NCBI GenBank assembly: GCA_043228905.1
Contig: JBHGNT010000004.1
Span: 8,556,001 to 8,620,000, forward strand
Origin: Azolla caroliniana
Lineage: Eukaryota > Plantae > Polypodiophyta
DNA length: 64,000 nt
Reading direction: 5' to 3'
Shown here: positions 23,488 through 37,349 of the stretch, one piece after another
Layout: every line of letters starts with the position of its first letter
Numbering within the stretch: the stretch's first letter is position 1
Notes under the pieces: model-generated
What the model was told of the DNA's origin: nothing
Seen by the model: the letters and a program-made list of their open reading frames with translations, nothing else
Databases searched by the model: none
Translations under genes and position numbers: made by a program

Positions 23488-23989
23488 TGCCATCTCATGG
23501 AGGTCGAAGTTTCAAGGCTCCAATACACTCTCGACAACAGAGGGCGAATACAGAGTTGCATCCAAAGCAACCAAAGAAGCCATATGGATGCATCGTATGT
23601 TGGCCGATTTTTCGGCTAAGAGTTGAATCGACCATCCAATGTCGATGGATTGTGACTCTCAAAGCACAATACACCTCATCTAGAATCCGATGTATCATCT
23701 GAAGAAAAACACATTGAATGGAGGTATCACCACATCTGGGAGCTCGTCACCGACAAGAAGCTCAAAGTCCGGAAAGTGGATACCAAGGTAAACATCACCG
23801 ACAACCTAACAAAGCCACTCCCAGATCAACACACATGACAAAGCTAAGAGGACAAATGGGACTACTGTAGGCAGAACAACGAAACGGAGCCGAATAAGAA
23901 CGAGCAGAAGGTGAGTCAAAAATCGGCACCGGGATGGATGGACAAGAAAAAACGACAAAGTCAATAGAGTTGAACAACCAAAAGGCTAA
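23488..23989 (+). pseudogene. Fragment I: degenerate Tork-like Copia RNase H plus 3' UTR, target of both E and J
   Basis: Translates as AISWRSKFQ..LSTTEGEYRVASKATKEAIW..CDSQS.I.L..NP.YH..KHI..TDNLTKPL. Confidence 0.75.
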
Positions 23990-26900
23990 TGTTGAGAGAC
24001 AATCTCAAAATTCGGTGTGTAATCGGGTGCGTAAAACAGTTACGCACAACATGGTTGTAACAGTGCGGACATCGAGAGGCCGTAATCATGGTATTCCTTG
24101 TAAGGAATAATTTTTGGGAGTTATTGTAGTAGGCTCATTTATGAGTAGTCAAGTACTGTCAGTACTTGCGTCAGCCCGATTTAAGGGCGTGTATAAGAAG
24201 TGCTCACTAAGCACGAAATATGTAGAAAGCGTTATTATTTTTGAAATAGAATTGAGTTGTCTGCTCTCTATCTCTGTCTCTCCCTCTCCATCTCTACATT
24301 TTCTGTGTTTTACCGAACTGTCATTTTCCGAACTGTGTACTCTGTGTTTGGCATACGCTTCTGCACACATATTCTTTTACATGGTATTAGAGCACGAGGG
24401 TTGAAGTCCTATGCAACCGATAGAAAAACTTGCGACAGAGACATAGTTGAGTTGTTATTCTTGTTTTTCGGAAAAGATAAGACAAGAACATGGATAGAGG
24501 AATGGGAAGCTCGCTACCAACTGAGAAGCTCTACAGGAGAAACTACGCATTTTGGTCGTACAAGATGCACCAATGCCTGCGTGGTCATGGCTACTGGAGT
24601 TATGTCAAAGGAGATAATGATACAACACCCGAATCGACACACAGGGATTTTTCGGCTTGGGAACAGGCGGCAAGCAGAGTTCTCTACTGCTTTGTGTCCT
24701 GTGTGAGCGACCAGCTATTGAGCCATATTTGGGATGCCAAAACACGAAAGGACGCATGGGCGAATTTCAAGAAGATTTTCACCGCTAGCACCACAGCCAG
24801 GAAGCTTCAACTCAGGCAAGAGTTGAGCAATGTTCGACAACGAGATATGTCGGTGGCTGATTACACCTCCAAGATTAAAGAAATCTATGACTCTCTCGCC
24901 TCCGTCAACATGAGCGTCGAGGAAGATGGAATGGTGCAGGTCTGTTTTGGTGGGTTAGTGTCAAAGTTCGGAGCGTTCCGAACAACGGTTTGTACGAGGG
25001 AGAATACGCCTTCATTCTTCGAGCTTCAGTCAATGTTGCTCGCGGAGGAAAATCACGCGTGTGCGTCGATGAGTACGCACATTGATGACAAGATGCTATA
25101 AACGGGGGGAGATAGGCCTTGTGGTCGTGGCGGACGAGGCGGATCGGCGCATAATGGAGGTGGTCGAAAAGAGCAGAATGGACGGCATAATCGAAATCTC
25201 AGGAACAATTCCGAACCCTCCGGAAGTAGGGGGAGTCATGGTGGTGCCAGAATCTAGCAAGAGAAGGCCACGACAGAATGCTGGTATTGTGGCAAGAAAG
25301 GCCACAAGGAGAGCGAGTGCTGGAAAAAGAAAGCCGATTCGGACAAAGCCGAATCGAGCGAAAGAGATGCAGGAAGGTGTCAAAAGTCGCACTACGCTGA
25401 GGACTCTGAACGAGCCGGAGATGGATCGGGCCCTGCCTTCGTAATGGCCGTGAACACCTCGAAATCGAGTGAGGTGTGGCATGTTGATTCTAGAGTGTCA
25501 AATCATATGACGAGTCATGAGGAATGGTTCTTGTACTAGGAGCATCTGGAAAAGCAAGGGGTAGTCGAAACGGGAGATGGCACCCTGCATACCATCAAGC
25601 ATGTCGGCGAAGTTCCCATACGCCATGTCGGATAGAAAGGGAAACTCTTGAACGTGCTACACGTCTTGACAATAACGAACAACATGGTGTCAGTCAGTCA
25701 GATCGTCGACCAAGGGATGGAGGTTCGATTCACGCATCTAGGGTGCTTCATAGAAGAGGAGGGCAAAGTAATCGCGCAAGGGCGCTGTGAAGGGAGGATG
25801 TTTATCCTCGAAACCAACAATGTGGGCACCGCTATGCTTGCGAAAGGGAAGAAGGTCGAGTCAGACATCGACCTGTGGCATAAGCGGTTCGGCCATATTA
25901 ACTTCCTGTGGCTTCATGAAATGCAGACGAAGACCATTGTGTTCGGCTTGCCGAAATTTCGAGGCCGGAATGGCCAAGTCTGCAAAGCTTGCCAGATGGG
26001 AAAACAACACCGACTTCCGTTCCCCAACGAATGTAATTGTAGTCGAAATCCGCTGGATTTGATCCATTCAGATGTGTGGGGTTCGACACAGAACGTGAGT
26101 CTCGGTGGAAGCCATTACTTGGTAACCTTCATCGACAACTTCACTTGGCACACGTGGGTATGCACTATCACGAAGAAAAGCGAAGTCTTTGCATGTTTCC
26201 TGAAGGTGAAGAGCCTTGCGGAAAGGGAAACAGGGTGTAAGATCAAATGCCTATGGTCCAATGGTGGGAAGAAGTACTTCTCCGACCAGTTCACAAGTTA
26301 TCTACAGAAGGAGGGAATTCGACGCGAATTCTCATGTTGATACACGCCGCAACAGAATGACGTGGCCGAGAGGAAGAATCGGACAATCGAAGAAGCTACT
26401 AGGGCAATGCTTGAAGAGAAGCATATGCTGAAATTCTATTGGGATGAAGTCGTGAGGATGGCTGTCTACTTGCAGAATCGGACTTCTGCTAATGGAGGAG
26501 TGTCACCACATGAATTGTATTTCGGGAAGAAGCCGAACTTGGCACACTTGAGGATTTTCGGTAGCATTGCATATGTGCATGTGTTGAAGGAAAAGAGGAG
26601 GAAGCTGGACACGAAAGCCGAAAAGGGCATCTTAGTCGGCTTTTCAGATGAGTAGAAGGGGTATAAGTGTTATCACCCCCGAACAAAGGAAGTACGTGTA
26701 AGTTGAGTTGTCGTGTTCTTCTCCAATACCTCATGATTCCATTCCGAATTTTGAAGAAGAAGTCAGTGACGCTAAGATGCCTCCGCATGATGAGGACCTC
26801 GGAGCTCTGAGAGAGAGTCCAATCTCATTTCGGCTGAGTGGGCCGAATGAGGGGTTGGACTAAAATGGCCAACCAAATGAAGAGACGGCGAGTAGTGAAG

Positions 26901-29082
26901 ACTTAGCCATGATGTCCCCGCGTAAAGAACCAAGGAGATGGTTTACGCGCAAGGAGAAAGGGAAGAAAAAGATGTCGGAGTACGATTTCGACAATGCCGA
27001 GTTAGATTGGAGCGAGTCTGACTACGAGCAAACTGAAACGGAATCTCCACGGAAGAGGTCGAAATTAGCCGGAAAGGTCGTGAAATCAGGTAATCACGAA
27101 TTGCGCTGATCTACCCGCCTGAAGAACCCCGTAAAGAGATACGGGTATAATGAGTACATGGCGCACCATTACACGTACATGATATGAGTGATGAAAGTGC
27201 GTGAGCCGGAGAGCTACGCAGAAGCGGCAAACGACGCAAACTGGCATGTCGTGATGGAGGAAGAGATGCGCGCTTTGACTGATAATGAGACTTGGGACCT
27301 GGTTGATGCACTGAAGGGTGTAAAGCCGATCGGATGTAGGTGGGTGTATAAAGTGAAATACAACACCGACGGCTCAGTCAATCGATACAAGGCCTGTTTA
27401 GTTGCAAAAGGCTACGTGTAGAAGCACGGCGTGGACGAGACCTTCGCGCTTGTCGCGAAGATGACTACCGTGTGGGTTTTGCTAGCCGTAGCTATGACAA
27501 AGGGGTGGCGCTTACATCAGATGGATGTAAAGAACGCGTTCTTGCAAGGTGATCTTGAGGAACAAGTGTACATGGTACAACCCCCCAAATTTCTATCTAA
27601 ACAAAACACCTCGGCAATTTGCTGACTGAAGACATCACTTTATGGACTTAAGCAAGCCCCGCGAGCCTGGAACGCAAAGATTATGCAACACTTGTGTTGG
27701 ATGGGGTTTACGACGTCGAAATTAGACTCTTCACTATTTGTTCGGCAAGGTCAATATGGAGCGATAAGTCTTCTAATTTATGTTGATGATTTAGTCATCG
27801 CCGGTGCCAACCTAGACGAAATCCGCCGCATAAAATCTCAGCTTGTGGCATCATTCGACATGAAAGATCTTGGAGACCTTCATTACTTCCTTGAGATTGA
27901 AGTGATCCGCACCCCCAAAGGCATATTGATCAGCCAACGTCATTACATGCTGAATATGCTCTACAAGTTCAGGTTGGCAGACTATAAGCCCATCTCGACC
28001 CCTCTTGATTGAAATGCAAAGCTTCGCTGAGAGTTGGGAAAGGCATGTGACCCGACACGGTTCTGACAGATTGTCGGAAGCCTCATCTATTTGACGATCA
28101 CCAGGCCGGACCTCAGTTACCCGGTCAGACTGATAAGTCAATTCATGTCGCAGCCTACGATCGAACACTTTTAGTGCACGCAAAGGATATTGCAATATGT
28201 TAGCAGCACTGAAGACATGGTATTGCTATATCAGGCAGGTGTAGCTGAACAATTAGTCGGCTACACGGATGCCGATTGGGCTGGGAATGCCCACAATTGT
28301 AGATCGACGTCTGGATACGCCTTCTCATTAGGAAGTGCGGCGATCGCGTGGAGTAGTAAGAAGCAGCCGACAGTAGCACTATCGAACACAGAGGCCGAAT
28401 ATCGAGGGGCGATTGTCGCTATGTGCGAAGTCATTTGGTTAAAAAAAACAATTATGGGACCTGCATGTGGAGGTGTCCGATCCAATGAAGATCTACTGCG
28501 ACAACCTCAACAACATCCAGCTTGCGAAAAACCCAGTCTTTGATGCCTGGATCAAGCACATTGAGGTGCACTATCACTTTGTTCGTGAGCGTGTCCTTTC
28601 AGGTGAAGTCGAACGGGTGTATGTTTCGACGGATCGGCAAGTTGCCGACATCTACACCAAGCCCCTTGGTCTCGACAAGTTGCGGAATTTCTTGGGTGAG
28701 GTTGGGCTTCCTCACCTTGACACGCTGAACTTGAGGGGGAGAAAGGAAGAATAGGAACAAGAGCGTGGAAGGAACGGATTTGACCGCGACGTGGAGTCGG
28801 ATGAAGAATTCGATTTCAGGCCGGCTGAAAAAGCCGAAGAAGGAAGCAAGGGCCATAATCTTAGGGAAGAGCCGAAGACAACCGAACAAGGAGTAAGTAA
28901 GGCCAATATCAAAACGTGGTTCGACATTGTCAAAGGCATGAAGACAGAAGACGAATTGGAGACAACCAAGTCGGATGAGAGCGGAATTGAATCGAAAGAG
29001 TTCGGTTCAATCGGAATGTTCGATTCAGACATCATGAATTGACTAAGGGCCAAGTGGAGAAAAGGGCAACGGAAGAGGCACC
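23990..29082 (+). mobile_element. Degenerate Copia J (same group as F): 5' LTR 23990-24381, PBS 24382-24393, gag-pol 24490-29082; interrupted by K, 3' LTR absent
   Basis: LTR TGTTGAGAGAC...TTTTACA, then TGGTATTAGAGC. All Copia domains are present in order with many stops. The extension after RNase H is cut at 29082. Confidence 0.9.
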
Positions 29083-30322
29083 TGTTGGGAATATGTCCCT
29101 CCAGTGGGAGGAAGAACCGACTGATCGGAAAGCCGACAATCGATGACAGGGAAGATCCGACTGTTCGGAAAGCCAACAGTCGAAGAGTCGAAAATAGTGA
29201 GTCGAAAGTTTGAAGATTCGACTATTATTATTATAGTAATAATAATGATGATGATGTGTGGAAACAAGTCCCTCCAGATGGGAAAGAGAGAGGAGCCAAG
29301 TTGATGAGTGACTCGGGAGACTATAATTGTAAATAGTCTGAATGTGCGCTCCATGAGGGCTAGGTATGTGAATAACCAGAAAGTTGCGTAAGTATATATG
29401 TAACTAGGGCAAACTTTTGGAATGTGTGTAAGAGTGTGTGTACAGAAGTTGTAGAGCACGTGAGAGAGAGAGTGTGTGAGACAGAGAGGGAAGTGTGAGC
29501 CACGCCATAGCTGTGTGAGTAACAACAGACGCGAAGAGCCCTGTGCGGCTAATACACTCGATAGAGTGTTGTATTCCTCTCGGTGTTGTATATCCACTTT
29601 GTATAGTGAAGAAATCTGTTCACTCGTGGTTTTTCCCGTTTTAGGGTTTCCACGTAAATCTCTGTGCACCTTTTGTTTATCTTGTCTTTCTAGCATTTCT
29701 GTAATTCGTATTTTAGCGCGTAGCTCGATTATTGTGATTAATTCTGCAATGATTTCTCAACAAACTAGTATCAAAGCTTGAGGTATAAGACTGGAAGATA
29801 AAGATGGAAGACCTTCTCATAGTTAAAGATCTGTACGAGCTAGTCGACATAGCAGAAATACCCAGGGGGGTATTGGAGTCGGACTGGAGCTTTTGAATAG
29901 GAAGGCGATGGTCACAATCTGACAATGTGTCGACGTAAGTGTCCTTCAGCCTATGGCGAACGACACAAATGCCCACGAGATGTGGCAAAAGCTATTGAGC
30001 CTTTATGAGAGGAAGAATGCGCTAGACAGAACCTCATTGATATGAAAAATCGTATGACTGAAATACAGAGACGGTGAGAGCATTGTCGAACACATCAACA
30101 CATTTATGGGGTATGTAAATCAACTTACTGCGACCAAGTTTCCCCTGGATGATGCAATGCAAGCCATTCTGATGATGTGCACACTGCCGGAAAGCTAGGA
30201 GAACCTGGTGGTTACTCTCAGCACCTCTTGTCAAGAAGAGAACTTGTCTTTATAGATGGTGAAGACAAGCATCCTAAATGAGGAGGCAAGGAGGAAAGAC
30301 AAAGGAATCCTGTCCCAAACGG

Positions 30323-30998
30323 TGTCGTGGAGAATACCGTCCCCAGGCGCAAACCGTGTATAGTGTGTGTGAACCGGCCCTTACACGTGGGCACGCCCCT
30401 TGATGTATAGTAGATAGGTAGGCACGAAGGTCAAATCCTAGGTAGCAATATTCTATAAGGGAAATCGAGGAGTATCTCTATCCGAAAGGACAGAGAATTA
30501 ATGTGATGTAAACGGGTGAAACGGCCTCCCTCCTTGAGCTATAAAAGAGAGGGAGACGGGGGAGAGAAGGGATCGCGCGCTAGAAGGGACGAAGTGTTGT
30601 CGGACTGGGACCGAGCTCTTCTCTGTCGTTCTCCATAGCTTTCTTTTGCGCAAGTTCTCAGGAGGCTGATCCTGCTCCGTGGAACGCCCGTGTGCTTCCG
30701 GCAGAATCTCCATCTTGCTCTCCTGTGTGCGTGGGTGATCAGGCGTCGGCACCCGTCTCGCCGACCTGATCGGCTATAACTGTTCGAGTCATCTGCATAC
30801 ATATATTTGTATACGCGTTCTTATACTCTATCTCCTGCCCAACTGGTGTCTCTTGTGTTGTTGGGCTGCGCTCCCGCACACTTCTTTGTCTATCCGTGTG
30901 TGAGCGTGTCTCTCTCTTTCCCTTTTCTCACCTATTCCTCGGTCCAAGACCCCAGTGGTCTCGCCTTGTTCTCCACGCACGCGCGTAATAACGTGACA
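30323..30998 (+). repeat. 5' LTR of Gypsy L
   Basis: TGTCGTGG...CGTGACA; TATA 'gctataaaag' at ~30538. Confidence 0.95.
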
Positions 30999-31002
30999 TA
31001 TT

Positions 31003-31020
31003 TGGTGAACCCGACGTGAA
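31003..31020 (+). promoter_or_regulatory. Primer-binding site of L, tRNA-Trp
   Basis: TGGTGAACCCGACGTGAA is the reverse complement of TTCACGTCGGGTTCACCA, the 3' end of plant cytosolic tRNA-Trp as I recall it. Confidence 0.85.
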
Positions 31021-31101
31021 ACATGCGGCAGAGGAGTAGAAGATGAGGGGGTCGGACCTCGCAGAAGCCATGGCTTCGGCTGTGGACCGTATAGTGAGTG
31101 C

Positions 31102-34100
31102 GTGCGAAGGCACTGCGCCCTTGATAGGGCTATTGAGGCGGTTGTTGGTACGATCGACCGGTTTAGTGGGAAGGATGCCACGAGCTACTTGGCGTCCTAC
31201 CGGGCTGAGATGGTAATGAGGGACATTTCGGAAGAGAGGCGTCTAGCCGGATTCCCTCGAGTGGCGATGCCAGGCATCCATACGGAGGTGCTCGAGGTAC
31301 GGGCCGAGAGCCGGACCTGGGAGGAATTCGAAGGTCGGCTCCTCGAAAAATACGGGCTTGAAGATGCGCTTCGACTTTCGACGCGGGACTTCATGGAGTG
31401 GGTGGAGACCCCCGACAAAGGAAGGAACGCGTCGGTGCGCCTCCGGGAGTTTGAGGAACGCTTCGTGCGCCTCTCGGTGCTTGACCGGACCGTTCTGGAC
31501 ACAAGTCGTGTCCTATTGTTTGTTAAGTCATTTGACGAGCGGGATCGGGAGCAAGTAGGCCTCCTATTGGAGACTGATGACGGGCTGACGGCCGACTGGG
31601 CCGTCGTAAAGAGGGTCTGTGGCCGTTTCGACAAACGACGGGAATGGGTTGACAAAGGATCGATAGGGGCGGGCTCTGTCGCAGCAAGGAAGCTTGAGCC
31701 AACACCACCAGCGCGGAGGGAAGAGACCCGAGATTGGCTCGAGACCGGATCGGCTTCGACCGGCATGGTCAAGGGCTCGCCCGGGGAAGCAGCTCTGGAG
31801 GAACTGACGCCGATGGTAAAGGATCTCCAGATCGCCCAGGCACGGAGGGACGGTGGCGAACAGGCCCGTGACCGACGACCTTTGGCTAGAAACAGGTGCA
31901 TGTGGTGTGACGCGGTTGGCCACATCCGGAAGGACTGCGGGGACTTCGCCGAGGCGTTGAGAAGCAATGTGGTATACTTGTGGAACGACGCACGCCAGCG
32001 AAACCCGAAGGCCCCTGAACCTGAATGTCGGGCAAGGGGGTATGAAAAGGCTGATGGAGGAGGCGGCGGCTCGTCACGCGGAGACCGTCCACTACTCGGC
32101 GTCGACTGGTATTCGGGTCGGAGGTGGCGAGGCCCCGAAGACGAACAATGCCGGGTTCTGGCCGACGATGCTAGAAGGCCTCGCCGGCGCACGTCTAAAG
32201 AAAGAAGAGGCGGACCGCGCGGAAAGACGGGTCCGGGAGGTAACCGGGTGGAGTGACCCGGTGGAAGAAAAGACGGGCTTCGTCGAAGCCGCTTGTCAAA
32301 ACTACGAGGCTCTGGTGGAGGACAAGTGGGTAGGGAAAACCGGAGGGGCCGGGACCTCGCAACGATATGAAACTCGATTCGGGACAAGGCGGAATGAGGC
32401 CGGTGTACTCGGCGCCCAAGATAACCCCAAGAAGGGCGGGTACCGGCTGGGCATAGAAATCGAAAGATCCACGGACCTGCGAAAGGTCCTGGAAGAACGA
32501 ATCCTCGACAGCAAGGTGGAACTGTCGCTGAGGGAAGTGCTTGGGATCACCAGGAAGGAGTTCCACGACTCCATCGTAGACTTGGTGAAGAGGAAGAGGC
32601 TATCGACGGAGACAGAACCGGAGAAGCCGGTGGAGGTGCGGACGACGCACATAGAGGACATGGCGCTGGAAGACGAGCTGGTGGAGAGCCACTATTCGAG
32701 GCCGCACTGGGCCAGAGCGACCACGGAGACCCCCGTGAAAATCGGAGATGTTCATGAACCAGTGGTGGCGTTGGTGGACCACGGTTCAGAAATCAACTTG
32801 ATGTCCATGGACTTCTATAAGAAGGGGAAATGGCCGATCAACACCAAGCACGGGTGGAAAATACGGGCAGTGATGCGTGCCACCAAAGAACTGCATGGAG
32901 CCTGCATGAATGTACGAGTAAAGATCGGCGATGTCGAGATTGACCAACACTTCTTCGTGCAGGAGACGTCCTCACATCCGTTTATACTAGGAGAACTGTA
33001 CATCACGACAGCACGGATGGAGACCAAGGTGTTGGACAACGGCTCAGCCTATGCAAGGGTCAAGAGCCAGGATGGGCGTCACTCGTTCCAGTTCCTGATG
33101 GTGAGACCGAACCGCGAGACCCTCGGGGGCGAAAGCCGCGATAGTCCGGACACTCCGGGAAAACCCCACAAGTGTACAATAGCGAAGAAGACCTGTACTA
33201 TAAGTAGGAAATTTTGGTTCTCCGGCAACGGAGGGTGTACGATAGTCGACGTTGTTGGCCGGAAAAAAAAAAGGGCGGAGGAGCGACTTCGGGCATGTGG
33301 TATCCTCAGCATTGGACAGGAAATCAACAGAGCCGTGGAGGCGGTCTCTTTCAACGATACCTTGGGGGAGCTGCGAGAGGTAGTCGGAGGAGTCCTTAAA
33401 GAGGACCGGACGATTCCGGTATGTTCGGAATGGATGTACGAAGTCATCGCGGACTTCAGTAGAGGGCTCGAGTCGGATCGGACGGCTCGGGTGGACACGA
33501 GGTACAAGACTATGGACCGGAAGGTGAGGCGAGTCCTGGCTCCCTTCCCGGAGGGCAGCGAGTTGCGAATAAAAGGGGTTGCGTCGGACCCGAGTTTACG
33601 AAATCTGGCCCGCATAGGACACACGTTCACCGACATAACGCTACGGGAGCTCAAGGTCGGTGGGGGAAGCTTCATACTGTCGGCGGAGGAGGACCGGTTT
33701 CGGGGAATGCTCGGAAGGCACAGGAAGGCTTTCGCATTCTCACCGGAGGAGATCGGGTGCGTAGACCCGACAATCGTGGAACCGATAGTGATATTCACGG
33801 TACCGCATGTGCCGTGGAGTCTCAAACCGATTCCAGTACCCAGAGCTCACATCCCGAAGCTGATGGAGCTGTTAAAGCAGAAGGTCGAGATGGGAATCCT
33901 CGAACCGTTGAGTGCCCCATACTCGAATCGGTGGTTTACCGTGCCGAAGAAGGACGGCACGCTGCGCTTTATTCAAGACCTACAGCCGGTCAACAAGGTG
34001 AACATTCGAAATGTAGGAATCAGACTGACAATAGACGAGTTCGCGGAGGCCTTCGTCGGAAGGTCGATTTACTCAGTCGGTGATCTCTACTCGGGGTACG

Positions 34101-36514
34101 ATCAGTTCCAACTAGCCATAGAGAGCAGAGACATCACGACAATGCGAACTCCTCTCGGCCTAGTACGGATGTGTACCCTACCGCAAGGAGGGACGAACTC
34201 GGTGGCTCACATGGTGAACGCAATGAACAAAGTGTTGAGGGATTGTATCCCGGACATCACCATGCCGTTTTTGGACGACGTCCCGATCAAGGGATGCCCG
34301 GTGGAGGAAAGGGACGAGACGATCGGACCGGACGGGTGCCGGAAATTCGTGGCGACGCACATCAATGACTGCGAGAAGGTGCTGCAGAGGTTGGAGGGCG
34401 CGAGGCTCACCTTCTCCGGGGGAAAATCAGCCTTCGGGCAATCAGAGATCATGGTCGTCGGACACCTATGCGGGTCGTACGGCCGGAAACCGTCTCCGGC
34501 TAAGGTAGAAGTCGTCTCCGCGATGAAGGACGACCATAACTCGGTCACGGAGGTTCGGAGGTTCTTGGGAGCGTGCGCGTTCTACCACATATGGATCCCG
34601 TATTACGTTCATGTCGCGGAGCCATTATACGGGTTGCTGAAAAAGGGGCGAAAATTCGAGTGGAGAGACGAGCATACGGAGTCGGTCCGAAAGATGAAGG
34701 AAGCACTTGCCGCAGCTCCGGCGCTCCGAAAGGCTGCCTATGGATAGGACACCCCAATTTACGTAATGATAGACATGAGTCCGACCGGGATCGGATGGGT
34801 CGTCAGCCAGGAGGACGAGGACGACATGCGTTTCCCAATCCGGTTCGGCGCAAAGGTTCTCAGCGAGCGACAGCGAGGATACGCCCAGGTTAAACGCGAG
34901 CTCTGGGGTATCGTTTCGGCGGTAAAGGCCGATAAAGACTACCTGATCGGGGCAAGGGTAATTATCGAGACGGACTGCCTGCCAATTCTTGGCATGGTTT
35001 CCGGATGCGCAACGCCGAACCTGGCAATGCTCAGATGGATAGCGTACATCAAGTCCCTGAATCCGGAAATACGACACATTTCCGGGAAAGACAATGCCAT
35101 GGACGACATGCTTTCAAGGGCGAGGTTCGAAAACGAGGGCGGCATGGTTTCGGAGGACGAGGAAGTCGGCGTGGACTTCTTCAAGGCGGCTCACGTAACA
35201 ACCGGTAGGGAATGCACTCCAACGCTTAATGATTTCGACGAGAGCAAGTACGACGGGGAGTGGCTATAGATCGGCGGGTTCCTGAAAACAATGACACCGG
35301 ATGCGGCATGGACAACAAACGAGGCCAACCGGATTCGGAAGAAAGCCTACCGATTCTTTCTCCGGGACGGGTACATATGGAAGCACCTGAAGAAGAGGAA
35401 CGACATCCCGCTCCGAGTGGTGGCGAAGAAGGAGGAACAAGAGGATTTGCTGGCGGCGTACCACGATAGTCCTTGGGCTGGACACTGTGGAACGTGGGCC
35501 ACTTTTGAAAAGCTAAAGGGGAAGTACTGGTGGCCGGGACTATACCGGGACGTGCATCGGTTCGTGACGACTTGCGAAAGCTACCAGGTGCACTCCATGA
35601 TCTGACACCGGGATGAGTTCCACCCGACCTACTCTCCGACCGTCCACTTCAAGTAGATGGTGGATTTGGTGACGATGCCAATGGGGGTAGGACAGATGCG
35701 GTATCTGGTGCTAGCTCGGGAGGATCTAACGAACCAGGTTGAAGGCCGAGCCCTGCAGAACAAGACGACTATAGCCGTGTGTCGGTTTTTGATTGAGGAC
35801 GTAGTATGTCGATACGGGTGCGTAGGGAAGATCGTGGCTGACCGTGATGAGTTGGACGCAGAAGAGGCCGACGAGCTGTTCGACCGGCTAGGAGTCAAAC
35901 TTTCGCTCACCACAACGTACAATCCGGAGGCGAACGGGAAGGTGGAGCGCAGACACGGGCCAATTGTCAAAGCGCTAGTACGGGCGTGCGGAGGCCAAGT
36001 CAGGAACTGGCCACGGCTGCTACCTTATGCCTTGTGGGCGGACCGGACTACGCACAGTTCGGTAACCGGGTTCATGCCGGCTGAGCTTATGTTCGGACAA
36101 AAACCGATCATGCCAATAGAGCGAACGATCTCCTCGTGGGCCACAGTGAACTGGAGGGATGAGATGAGCCGGGAGGAACTGTTGGCGGCACGGATTCGAC
36201 AGCTCGAGCGGAGACCGAAGGACGTAGAGCGAGCCGCGGAGAAACTTCGGGTAGCGAGGATAAGGAAGAAAGCCCGGTTCGACCGAACACACCGGCTCCG
36301 GCCAAGGAAGATCGAGGAAGGCGACTGGGTGCTGGTCTACGACAGCAGCCTCGACAATCACCACAAGGCCGTGCGGAAGTTTGCGAGGAGGTGGTTCGGG
36401 GTTTATGTAGTAACAGGCGCCAACGACAATGGGACGTACCATCTCGAGGAGCTCAACGGTACGAGAATGGCGATACCGGTAGCAGGGAAGAGGATCAAAG
36501 CGTTCAAGAAATGA
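31102..36514 (+). pseudogene. gag-pol: Gypsy L gag-pol (gag, zinc knuckle, protease, RT, RNase H, integrase) with a frameshift at ~31985 and several stops
   Basis: CMWCDAVGHIRKDC; VALVDHGSEINL protease; DLYSGYDQF; FLDDVPIKG; ETDCLPILG; integrase YNPEANGKVER. Stops at 34745, 35267, 35603, 35654 and 36512. Confidence 0.92.
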
Positions 36515-36673
36515 CACGACGGTGAGCCGGAGCTAGGGGGCATGGACAGCAACGACGAGCAGCCCGAGGCGGAGGATGAACTGGTAAACAAGGAATAAAG
36601 TAAGGATCGGTTTAATCCCGTAGGAACCCAATTTTGGCGCATACCGGTGGATGCGCGGTTAGGTGGGGGCGGA

Positions 36674-37349
36674 TGTCATGGAGAATACCGTCCCCAGGCG
36701 CAAACCGTGTATAGTGTGTGTGATCCGGCCCTTACACGTGGGCACGTCCGTTGATGTATAGTAGATAGGTAGGCACGAAGGTCAAATCCTAGGTAGCAAT
36801 ATTCTATAAGGGAAATCGAGGAGTATCTCTGTCCGAAAGGACAGAGAATTAATGTGATGTAAACGGGTGAAACGGCCTCCCTCCTTGAGCTATAAAAGAG
36901 AGGGAGACGGGGGAGAGAAGGGATCGCGCGCTAGAAGGGACGAAGTGCTATCGGATAGGGACCGAGCTCTTCTCTGTCGTTCTCCATAGCTTTCTTTTGC
37001 GCAGGTTCTCTGGAGGCTGATCCTGCTCCGTGGAACGCCCGTGTGCTTCCGGCAGAATCTCCATCTTGCTCTCCTGTGTGCGTGGGTGATCAGGCGTCGG
37101 CACCCGTCTCACCGACCTGATCGGCTGTAACCGTTCGAGTCATCTGCATACATATATTTGTATACGCGTTCTTATACTCTATCTCCTGCCCAACTGGTGT
37201 CTCTTGTGTTGTTGGGCTGCGCTCCCGCGCGCTTCTTTGTCTATCCGTGTGTGAGAGCGTCTCTCTCTTTCCCTTTTCTCACCTATTCCTCGGTCCAAGA
37301 CCCCAGTGGTCTCGTCTTGTTCTCCACACACGCGCATAATAACGTGACA
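36674..37349 (+). repeat. 3' LTR of Gypsy L
   Basis: Direct repeat of 30323-30998. Confidence 0.95.

Larger units (their letters stand above)
30323..37349 (+). mobile_element. Full-length Ty3/Gypsy LTR retrotransposon L (Trp-primed, no chromodomain)
   Basis: 676-bp LTRs at 30323-30998 and 36674-37349 with ~21 differences by eye. The 4-bp TSD ACGG lies at 30319-30322 and 37350-37353. PBS 31003-31020, PPT 36661-36673. Confidence 0.96.

Noticed and set aside
29043-29696. 217-aa ORF and other short ORFs inside LTRs (e.g. 58134-58703, 41465-42163)
   Set aside because: They lie within LTR or repeat sequence, or antisense to the Pol extension; no coding signature.
31003-31020. tRNA gene fragments (Trp, Met, Arg matches)
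   Set aside because: Only 12-18 nt complementary to tRNA 3' ends, including CCA, next to LTRs. These are primer-binding sites, not tRNA genes.
31197-32387. 396-aa minus-strand ORF and similar long antisense ORFs over gag/pol (e.g. 16495-17352, 33079-33825)
   Set aside because: Shadow frames of GC-rich retroelement coding sequence; Ser/Arg/Pro-rich with no independent motifs.
33255-33280. A10 run in L as a poly(A) insertion or slippery site
   Set aside because: It aligns with 'gagaagaaac' in element A and is explained by point substitutions, mostly G>A, in a Lys/Glu codon run.
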